From NCBI RefSeq assembly GCF_015582655.1, contig NZ_CP058255.1: a stretch of DNA of 32,000 bases; one strand, 5' to 3'. This document shows, in pieces, positions 8,604 to 15,374 of this stretch. The notes under the pieces were generated by a model. It did no database searches. It was not told the origin of the DNA and was given only the letters and a program-made list of their open reading frames with translations. Source of the DNA: Priestia megaterium (GTDB taxonomy: Bacteria > Bacillota > Bacilli > Bacillales > Bacillaceae_H). The translations under genes and the position numbers were made by a program. Within the stretch, counting starts at the first letter, position 1; each line of letters begins with the position of its first letter.

Positions 8604-10094
8604 TTACTGAAACCAGCGCATTGGCTGTGGATTTGTATTCGTATAAATATGTTTAATTTCCGTATATTCTTCTATCCCAATGTGGCTAAGCTCTCTTCCA
8701 ATCCCAGATTGCTTATATCCTCCCCAAGGAGCCTGCGGGAAGTAGGGATGATAATCGTTAATCCAAGTTGTTCCCATACGGAGGGCTTTCACTACACGTT
8801 CAGCTCGATTCATATCGCTTGTCCAAACAGCTCCAGCTAATCCATAGATTGTATCGTTAGCAAGTGCGACTGCTTCTTCTTCAGTGCTGAAGCGCTCAAT
8901 TGTCATAATCGGACCGAATGACTCTTCTTGGACAACTTTCATATCTCCATGACAGTCTGTAAAAATAGTTGGTTCAATGAATAAACCTTTTTGTAAAGAC
9001 TCTTGAGTTGGACGCTTGCCTCCTAAAACAAGCGAAGCACCTTCTTGTTTGCCAAGCTCAATATAATGTTCCACTTTAGCTAGATGTTCTTTTGAGATAA
9101 CGGGTCCCATTTGAGTGGCTTCGTGCATGCCGTCCCCTAGCTTAATTTTTTTTGCTTGTTCAATAACCGCTGAAACAAATTTATCGTGAATATCATCTTG
9201 AACGAGTAATCTCGCACCAGCTGAACAAACTTGACCAGCATGAAAGAAGACCGCATTTAATGCATAGTCAACCGCAGTGTCAAAGTCAGCGTCAGCAAAG
9301 ACGATATTCGGATTTTTCCCACCGAGTTCAAGAGCGATTTTTTTGAAGTTGCCTGCGGCAGCCTGCATGACTTTACGTCCAGATACACCGCCACCTGTAA
9401 AGGAAACTAAATCTACTAAGTGACTTTCTGCCATTTCTTGTCCAACCGTCGCACCCGGGCCGAGTACAATGTTAATGACGCCTGCTGGAAAGCCAACTCT
9501 TTCAAAAATTTTCATCATATGAATAGTTGTTAAAGGGGTGATTTCGCTTGGTTTAATAACAATTGTATTCCCAGCAGCAAGTGCCGGAGCCAATTTCCAA
9601 GAGGCTTGCAATAAAGGGTAATTCCAAGGAGTAATTTGGCTGCATACACCTACAGGTTCGCGGACAACGCGGCTAACAGAATCGGGATTAGGTGACTCAA
9701 TCATTTGTCCACCATCTTTATCTGCTAATCCAGCATAGTATTGAAAGACATCAGCAATCCCATCCATGTCTGCCAGGCTTTCAACGAGGGTTTTTCCAGT
9801 ATTTAAGGTTTCAAGTTTAGCGAGTTCTTCACGATCATTACGAATTTCTTCCGCTACTTTAAATAGTAAAGAACCTCTTTGGGCCGCTGTAAATTTAGAC
9901 CATTCACCTGCATCAAAAGCTTTTCTAGCTGCTTCAATAGCTTCTACAGTATCAGCACGATTTCCTTCTGTAACCACAGCGATAACCTCTTGATTAAAGG
10001 GGTTTATAATCTCTCTTTTTTCGCCGCTGCGTGCTTCAACCCATTGGCCGTTTATGTGCATTTTCTCAAGCGTAAGTGTTTGTTCCAATAGCAT
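8604..10094 (-). CDS. gbsA: Glycine betaine aldehyde dehydrogenase
   Basis: ALDH signatures are present: catalytic Glu region LELGGKNP, catalytic Cys region FFHAGQVCSAGAR, and NAD-binding FTGG. I prefer the ATG at 10094 (MLLEQTLTLEKMHINGQW..., 496 aa), which follows GGAGGT. The track start at 10145 would abut the predicted -10 box at 10151-10156. Confidence 0.88.
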   Translation of the reverse strand: MLLEQTLTLEKMHINGQWVEARSGEKREIINPFNQEVIAVVTEGNRADTVEAIEAARKAFDAGEWSKFTAAQRGSLLFKVAEEIRNDREELAKLETLNTGKTLVESLADMDGIADVFQYYAGLADKDGGQMIESPNPDSVSRVVREPVGVCSQITPWNYPLLQASWKLAPALAAGNTIVIKPSEITPLTTIHMMKIFERVGFPAGVINIVLGPGATVGQEMAESHLVDLVSFTGGGVSGRKVMQAAAGNFKKIALELGGKNPNIVFADADFDTAVDYALNAVFFHAGQVCSAGARLLVQDDIHDKFVSAVIEQAKKIKLGDGMHEATQMGPVISKEHLAKVEHYIELGKQEGASLVLGGKRPTQESLQKGLFIEPTIFTDCHGDMKVVQEESFGPIMTIERFSTEEEAVALANDTIYGLAGAVWTSDMNRAERVVKALRMGTTWINDYHPYFPQAPWGGYKQSGIGRELSHIGIEEYTEIKHIYTNTNPQPMRWFQ

Positions 10095-10150
10095 CGACCT
10101 CCAAATAATAGAATTTGTTAAATTTATATTTAACGTTCTTAACAATTCGA

Positions 10151-10180
10151 ATTATAGCATCGGCTATTTAATTTAGTCAA
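10151..10180 (-). promoter_or_regulatory. SigA-type promoter for gbsA-gbsB
   Basis: Read on the minus strand: TTGACT (10180-10175), an 18-nt spacer, then TATAAT (10156-10151). This gives a leader of about 50 nt to the ATG at 10094. Confidence 0.6.
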
Positions 10181-10376
10181 ATACAAAAACTTTAAATGTT
10201 CTGAATTTAAATTGATTTTCTTCTCTATTAAGAACTTATTATTCGGATATTAAGAAAAATTTTAACAAAAAGTAATTAAAAAATACTGATTGCTATGCCC
10301 CTTGATACAAAAGGTTTTTTTATGTATGAGCTATGAGAATATTATTCTTTTTTTATATGAAAACACTTAAACTTTT

Positions 10377-10406
10377 TTGACAATATCCTAAACATTCAGA
10401 TATATT
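10377..10406 (+). promoter_or_regulatory. SigA-type promoter candidate facing the SSF transporter gene
   Basis: TTGACA (10377-10382), an 18-nt spacer, then TATATT (10401-10406). If this promoter is used, the leader to the ATG at 10725 is about 310 nt. Confidence 0.45.
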
Positions 10407-10724
10407 AACCATAGTACGATATCTGCTTGCATACAAACCTTGAGAAACAAAGGATTTTGAATGTAGAAATTAAGAAAAGAGTTTAGAGAGAGGATGAAAA
10501 CAATTATGAGTTTTTAGCGAAATAATAAAATAAGTCAATTTAAATTATTTTAATATAATTATATAAACGTAATTTCTCCCCTTCGTATTGGTATTTATAA
10601 TCCAACTATTTATATTTTATTCTAAAAAAATCTATTTTTAGGTTTAATTGTATGCTGGTAGGAAAAAGGAATAGAGGACAATTATGTCTTTAGATTTCTT
10701 TATCAATTTAAAGGATGTGAGACG

Positions 10725-12437
10725 ATGCAAAATGCTAAAAAGCCATTTCGTTCAGACACACAACAAGCCAGGCCTGAAAAGTCGAATGAGACTTCTGACT
10801 TTTCAGGGAAATCAAACAGGAACAACCGTCTACTAACCCCCTTATGGACAACTATTATAGGATTTTCCATCTTTATGGTTGTCGCATTTATCTATTCTCT
10901 CTATAATCCAGATCTCTATTGGCCAGGCCTCACTTTAATGTTCATTATGTATGGTGTTATTTATTTTATTGGTGCTCGAGCCGCTGCAAGTAAAAAAGGA
11001 AAATCAGATGATATGCTTGTTGCAGGAAGATCTATGCCGCTATGGATTTCAATGTTCACAATGACCGCTACTTGGGTAGGTGGAGGGTATATTGCTGGAA
11101 CGGCCGAAACCGTTTATTCCTCAGGGCTGACTTGGACCCAAGCACCATGGTGTTATTCAATCAGCTTAATTTTAGGCGGTATCTTTTTTGCTAGAAAGAT
11201 GAGAAGGTTTGAGTTTATGACAATGCTCGATCCTCTAGAATCTCGTTTCGGTAAGAAAATGGCTACGGTTCTTTATTTTCCAGCTATACTAGGAGAGCTG
11301 TTTTGGAGCGCAGCTATCTTAACTGCTTTAGGAACAACATTCGGTGTGATTTTAGGCCTCAGTTTTTCAATTTCCATCATTCTTTCCGCACTTATTGCCA
11401 TTGCATACACCGTGATCGGCGGCTTGTGGGCAGTAGCACATACCGATATCTTACAGCTTTCTATTATGTTTTTAGGATTATTTCTGGTGCTTCCCTTTGC
11501 ATTTTCGAATACGGGAGGGGTGGGAGCCGTTTTTTCTACTTATTCAGAAGGTATGACTGGTTCTCTTCATTTATTTCCTCCACTAAAAGGCTGGGAAGAT
11601 CCAAAATGGGGAAATACATATTGGCAATGGTGGGATAGCACATTTTTACTTATTTTTGGTGGCATTCCATGGCAAATTTATTTTCAGCGCGTGTTATCTG
11701 CTAAAAATGAAAAAGCAGCAATGTGGCTATCTATTACAGCCGGCATCTTTTGCGCGTTAGCGGCCTTACCTCCAACTTTAATAGGGATGATAGGTTATAG
11801 TGCAGACTGGGCTTCATTTGGAGCGTCAAGCCCTGAGAGCGCGTCTATGATTTTAACATACGTATTTAAATATCTAACGCCTGATTTAGTAGGAGCGATT
11901 GCGCTTGGAGGACTAGCTGCTGCCGTCATGGCTGCAGTAGCGGCTTCGTTACTTTCAGCTTCGGGGATGGCAGCCTGGAACGTGTATCGTCCGATTGTAA
12001 AACCAAATGCGACACAGGCGCAGTTAGATAAAGTTATTAAACGTTCTATCATTATCATTGGCACGGGAGCAACTCTAATTGCTTTAAACTCTGAGAGTGT
12101 CTACTCTTTATGGTATTTATCAGGGGACCTCGTGTATTGCATACTTTTTCCGCAGTTGGTTTGTGCTTTATTCTTTAAAGGAGCTAACTGGTACGGATCT
12201 TTGGCTGGGTTTATTGTGTCTCTTGTTCTTCGAATCGGTGGAGGAGAACCGCTGCTTCATTTAAAAGCGCTGCTTCCATATCCGATGATTGAAGACGGAG
12301 TGGTCATGTTTCCGTTTCGTACATTTGCGATGATAGGCGGGTTGTTAACTATTTTTATCGTTTCTTACGCGACGCGACGTATTTGCCCTCCTCAGCCGCT
12401 TCGAAATCTTCATCGTGACATATCGGTTGAGAAATAA
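10725..12437 (+). CDS. Sodium:solute symporter family transporter, CHT1/SLC5A7-like (predicted choline importer)
   Basis: RBS AAGGA lies 9 nt upstream of the ATG. The 570-aa polytopic protein carries FTMTATWVGGGYIAGTAE, MLDPLE, GGIPWQIYFQRVLS, LWYLSGDLVYCILFPQL and RIGGGEP. I recall the same blocks from high-affinity choline transporters of the SSF family. It is divergently adjacent to gbsAB. The start is uncertain because the hydrophilic 38-aa N-terminus plus an extra hydrophobic segment precede the conserved core. Confidence 0.8.
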   Translation: MQNAKKPFRSDTQQARPEKSNETSDFSGKSNRNNRLLTPLWTTIIGFSIFMVVAFIYSLYNPDLYWPGLTLMFIMYGVIYFIGARAAASKKGKSDDMLVAGRSMPLWISMFTMTATWVGGGYIAGTAETVYSSGLTWTQAPWCYSISLILGGIFFARKMRRFEFMTMLDPLESRFGKKMATVLYFPAILGELFWSAAILTALGTTFGVILGLSFSISIILSALIAIAYTVIGGLWAVAHTDILQLSIMFLGLFLVLPFAFSNTGGVGAVFSTYSEGMTGSLHLFPPLKGWEDPKWGNTYWQWWDSTFLLIFGGIPWQIYFQRVLSAKNEKAAMWLSITAGIFCALAALPPTLIGMIGYSADWASFGASSPESASMILTYVFKYLTPDLVGAIALGGLAAAVMAAVAASLLSASGMAAWNVYRPIVKPNATQAQLDKVIKRSIIIIGTGATLIALNSESVYSLWYLSGDLVYCILFPQLVCALFFKGANWYGSLAGFIVSLVLRIGGGEPLLHLKALLPYPMIEDGVVMFPFRTFAMIGGLLTIFIVSYATRRICPPQPLRNLHRDISVEK

Positions 12438-12476
12438 TCAAAAGAGGCTGGGACAAAAGTATTTTCGTTATAAAAA

Positions 12477-12532
12477 GATCCGAACGATGAATCGAGATTC
12501 TTAATAGAGAATCCAAATCGTTCGGATTTTTT
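12477..12532 (+). terminator. Rho-independent terminator of the SSF transporter gene (two-tier hairpin)
   Basis: Outer stem ATCCGAACGAT (12478-12488) / ATCGTTCGGAT (12517-12527). Inner stem GATTCT (12496-12501) / AGAATC (12508-12513). A T-run follows at 12527-12532. Confidence 0.8.
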
Positions 12533-12573
12533 CATATTTATAGTGAATATAAGTTTCATGTATGTAGATGCTT

Positions 12574-12643
12574 CTAGCTGTTGATTGGAGGGCAAGGCGA
12601 AAACTTTTGCAGAAAGCGAGCCTTGCACAAAAATCGACAGCGG
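12574..12643. other. Orphan structured element (nested inverted repeats) between two convergent terminators
   Basis: Outer stem GCTGTTGATT (12577-12586) / AATCGACAGC (12632-12641), 10 bp with one G-T pair. Inner perfect 7-bp stem GCAAGGC (12592-12598) / GCCTTGC (12620-12626). It is unusually GC-rich for an intergenic region here, and I see no credible ORF. Confidence 0.3.
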
Positions 12644-12736
12644 TGTAACAAGCAGTCCAGCTCATTGATCCCATTTGTTCGTCTTTAGAGTAGATTAATT
12701 TAGTTATGTCTTAATCTCTGTGTTATAAAAAACAAA

Positions 12737-12761
12737 ATAAAAAAAGCCGCAGATGCGGCTT
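12737..12761 (-). terminator. Rho-independent terminator of the permease gene
   Basis: Stem AAGCCGC (12744-12750) / GCGGCTT (12755-12761) with loop AGAT, directly after the TAA at 12764-12766. On the minus strand it is followed by a T-run (the + strand A-run ending at 12745). Confidence 0.8.
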
Positions 12762-12763
12762 TT

Positions 12764-14170
12764 TTATTTTGCAATATTTTCTGACTCGGAAAATTGATCG
12801 TCAGGTCGCTTGTTGTTTGTTTTTTTGATGAACGAGTATGAAAGAAGAACCACAGCGGTTAATCCAAGGGTTAAGAAAAACTGTGAGCGCATCGAATCAA
12901 TAAATGCCATTGATAAGAAGATCACGGTAATAACAGCAATTGTTACGTATGTTAAATACGGGAACAACCACATTTTCATCCCTTTAATTGGCTGGTTGGC
13001 TCGATTCATTTTCTTACGCAGGCGTAAGTGAGAAATAGCGATAGCTAAATATACAATAAGAGCAATGGCTCCTGATGCATTAACTAAGAATAAAAAGAGT
13101 TTATCCGGCGAAACGAAGCTAAAGATAGCACATACATATGCGGCAGCTGTGCTAATCCATACAGCTCTTGCCGGCACGCCTGATTTGCTTACTTTTGCTA
13201 AAGCGCGAGGAGCTTGTCCTTTTTCAGCTAATGATAAAATCATTCGTGAGTTCGTATACAAAGCAGAGTTCAAGCAAGACAAAACGGATACTAATACGAC
13301 TAAATTCATAATTTGTGCAGCAGCTGGAATATTGACCATTTCTAACATTGTTACATATGGACTTTTTAGTAAATCAGCTGAGTTCCAAGGTAAAAGAGTT
13401 ACTAAAATAGCAACTGAACCAATATAGAAAATTAAAATTCGCCATACGACACTGCGAATAGCAGTTGTGATAGCTTTTGCTGGATTTTCTGATTCACTAG
13501 CTGCAATAGCCGCAATTTCAGCTCCAAAATAAGAGAAAATAACGGTAATAACTCCTAAAAAGATAGAGTTCGTACCTTTTGGCATAAAGCCTCCGTGGCC
13601 CGTTAAATTAGCTAGGCCAGGTGAAGATGTACCTGGGATCAATCCGAAAATAATAGCTAAACCGATTCCCATAAAAGCAACGATTGCCACAATTTTAATC
13701 ATAGCAAACCAATATTCAAATTCTCCAAATGATTTGACAGAGAACAAGTTTGTTAAAGTTAATGCAAAGGTTAAGATTAAGCTTAAAAGCCAAATTGGTA
13801 CGGAAGGGAGCCATTCATGAACAATTGCTCCTCCTGCAGTGGCTTCAATCGCAATTACAATTAGCCAGAAAAACCAGTAAAGCCATCCAACAGCATAACC
13901 TGCCCACGCGCCAATTCCTTGCTGAGCATATGTTGCGAATGAGCCTTTATCTGGGTTTACCATAGCCATTTCACCGAGCATACGCATCAATAGAACGACT
14001 AGCAGTCCGGCTGCTGCATATGAAACTACTGCTGCTGGGCCTGTTGCGTTAATAACGGATCCGCTTCCTACAAACAAGCCGGCTCCGATAATACCTGCAA
14101 TGGAAATCATGGAAACGTGACGTTGCTTTAACTTTCCGTGTGATTCTGTTTTGTTTCCCATCGTATTCAC
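12764..14170 (-). CDS. gabP: APC-superfamily amino acid permease, GABA permease (GabP)-like
   Basis: RBS AAAGGAGTGA precedes the ATG. The N-terminal region LKQRHVSMISIAGIIGAGLFVGSGSVINATGPAAVVSYAAAGLLVVLLMRMLGEMAMVNPDKGSFATYAQQGIGAWAGYAVGWLYWFFWLIVIAIEA closely resembles B. subtilis GabP as I remember it. The protein is 468 aa with about 12 TM segments. Substrate is not proven. Confidence 0.75.
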   Translation of the reverse strand: MNTMGNKTESHGKLKQRHVSMISIAGIIGAGLFVGSGSVINATGPAAVVSYAAAGLLVVLLMRMLGEMAMVNPDKGSFATYAQQGIGAWAGYAVGWLYWFFWLIVIAIEATAGGAIVHEWLPSVPIWLLSLILTFALTLTNLFSVKSFGEFEYWFAMIKIVAIVAFMGIGLAIIFGLIPGTSSPGLANLTGHGGFMPKGTNSIFLGVITVIFSYFGAEIAAIAASESENPAKAITTAIRSVVWRILIFYIGSVAILVTLLPWNSADLLKSPYVTMLEMVNIPAAAQIMNLVVLVSVLSCLNSALYTNSRMILSLAEKGQAPRALAKVSKSGVPARAVWISTAAAYVCAIFSFVSPDKLFLFLVNASGAIALIVYLAIAISHLRLRKKMNRANQPIKGMKMWLFPYLTYVTIAVITVIFLSMAFIDSMRSQFFLTLGLTAVVLLSYSFIKKTNNKRPDDQFSESENIAK

Positions 14171-14249
14171 TCCTTTAAAATTATCGAAAGACTATTAGAA
14201 AATAAAGTAAATTCTGAAAATATAAATAGAAATTCCTCCCCTTACCTTT

Positions 14250-14279
14250 ATAATAAGCAAGAAGTGTGCCAATTATCAA
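14250..14279 (-). promoter_or_regulatory. SigA-type promoter candidate for the permease gene
   Basis: Read on the minus strand: TTGATA (14279-14274), an 18-nt spacer, then TATTAT (14255-14250). The predicted 5' end then falls just before the SD-like AAGGGGAGGAA. Confidence 0.4.
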
Positions 14280-14408
14280 ATTCCTATAAAAATCGACTTT
14301 AAGTTACTAAAATTGACGTATTTTAAGTCAAAAAAGACTTGATTTATTCACCATAGACTTATTTTCCATTTGGGATGTCGGGTATATACGTACATTTTAT
14401 ACAAGTTT

Positions 14409-14438
14409 TCGACATACATCTTATTTATCTTGTATGAT
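14409..14438 (+). promoter_or_regulatory. SigA-type promoter candidate for the membrane-protein gene
   Basis: TCGACA (14409-14414), an 18-nt spacer, then TATGAT (14433-14438). This placement supports the shorter TTG start at 14493. Confidence 0.4.
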
Positions 14439-14492
14439 AAAAGAGAAATCGGTATTATATTCCAAGAAGAATGTTTGAGAGGGTGCGTGTGT

Positions 14493-15173
14493 TTGAGAAA
14501 ATTTATAGCTGTTATTTTTCTATTTATTATCCTTTTAGTTGGGGTGTATTTTTTCATTAGTCCAGTCAGAAATATTGAAAAACTTGATCAGACTGCTTCA
14601 TTATCTTCACTGGCACAAGAAAAGTCCGCTCATGCGACGTCGCTAGAACTGAACGGAGGCTCTCCTGTTTTAGGATACCGATTAAGCGAGAGCGATGTTA
14701 ATGATTATTTGCGCAGCTACCTTTACGAAAATGATAAAACGGTTGACGGAGCAGAAGCCGAGTTGCTTCCAGAACATATAAAATTTTATATTAATAAACA
14801 TGTAGTATCTTTTATGGAATCACAGTTTGTAGTTGACGTAACACCAAATGCCGAAAATGGAAAGCTTGTTTTAAAGGTGAATAGCGTGCATCTAGGAAGA
14901 ATGCCGCTTCCGATGTCTCTTGTATGGGATCGCTTAAATATTGATAAGGCTTCTGATGTCACGGTCGATAAAGAAATGAATGAAATTACTCTGCTCAATA
15001 ATTTGCCAGATTCCATTTCGTTTGAGCAAGCAGATACAACGGATGAATATATAAATTTATCTGCCTCTGTAACCATTGATTCGTTACGAGATATTATAAA
15101 TCTAGCACCGTACCTTATTCCTAAGGATATTCAAAGAAATTTATCTCAGAAACTGAACTTGTTTGGCCAATAA
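14493..15173 (+). CDS. Membrane-anchored protein of unknown function (tentatively YpmS/DUF2140-like)
   Basis: The TTG at 14493 lies 9 nt after GAGAGGG and gives MRKFIAVIFLFIILLVGVYFF..., a basic N-terminus followed by one TM helix. The remainder looks like a soluble beta-rich domain. The segment GKLVLKVNSVHLGRMPLPMSLVW resembles what I recall of YpmS. The family call is from memory only. Confidence 0.6.
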   Translation: MRKFIAVIFLFIILLVGVYFFISPVRNIEKLDQTASLSSLAQEKSAHATSLELNGGSPVLGYRLSESDVNDYLRSYLYENDKTVDGAEAELLPEHIKFYINKHVVSFMESQFVVDVTPNAENGKLVLKVNSVHLGRMPLPMSLVWDRLNIDKASDVTVDKEMNEITLLNNLPDSISFEQADTTDEYINLSASVTIDSLRDIINLAPYLIPKDIQRNLSQKLNLFGQ

Positions 15174-15176
15174 TAA

Positions 15177-15214
15177 AAAGCTCACTTATTATAGAAAAAT
15201 AAGTGAGCTTTTTC
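15177..15214 (+). terminator. Rho-independent terminator
   Basis: Perfect 14-bp stem AAAGCTCACTTATT (15177-15190) / AATAAGTGAGCTTT (15198-15211) followed by a T-run. Confidence 0.85.
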
Positions 15215-15235
15215 TATCTTGCACCATTTGACCTA

Positions 15236-15262
15236 TGAAAAAAATGTTTGTTTTACCGATAC
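15236..15262 (+). promoter_or_regulatory. SigD-type promoter candidate for fliD-fliS-fliT
   Basis: GAAA (15236-15239), a 15-nt spacer, then ACCGATAC (15255-15262), with the same geometry as the flgM promoter at 2561. The -35 matches 3 of 4 positions and the -10 matches 6 of 8. Confidence 0.45.
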
Positions 15263-15374
15263 AAAATAAAGAAGTGTTGAACCTATGAACGAATAAGAAA
15301 ATCCGAAAAAATGTACTCATATTTTATGGCTAACAGTTGATGAATAGATGAATAAAAAACGGTGGTGATGCTAA

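Noticed and set aside
6938-10091. Antisense or alternative-frame ORFs in gbsR, gbsB and gbsA (6938..7246, 8347..8610, 8649..8840, 9766..9993, 9879..10091).
   Set aside because: They are shadow ORFs of enzymes with clear catalytic motifs, and none has an RBS.
10095-10145. 17-codon N-terminal extension of gbsA (track start at 10145).
   Set aside because: The predicted -10 box (10151-10156) would leave no leader or RBS. The ATG at 10094 follows GGAGGT and gives the length expected for GbsA.
10684-10836. 50-codon ORF (MSLDFFINLKDVRRCK...) with RBS AGAGGA, overlapping the transporter start in the +1 frame.
   Set aside because: Its RBS is decent, but the product has no recognisable features and it overlaps 112 nt of the transporter CDS. 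I cannot distinguish it from chance. It would only matter if the transporter actually starts further downstream.
11303-12628. ORFs 11303..11638 (+), 11795..12064 (-) and 12410..12628 (-).
   Set aside because: The first two lie inside the transporter CDS in other frames. The third runs through the transporter terminator hairpin and has no RBS.
12810-13965. + strand ORFs inside the permease gene (12810..13031, 13065..13427, 13750..13965).
   Set aside because: They are antisense to a 12-TM permease with strong family resemblance, so they are shadow ORFs.
14348-14557. The 41-codon upstream extension of the membrane-protein ORF (track start 14370) and the antisense ORF 14348..14557.
   Set aside because: The extension would begin inside the promoter region, contains no RBS and encodes an implausible Cys/Tyr-rich leader. 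The TTG at 14493 has an RBS and yields a canonical signal-anchor.
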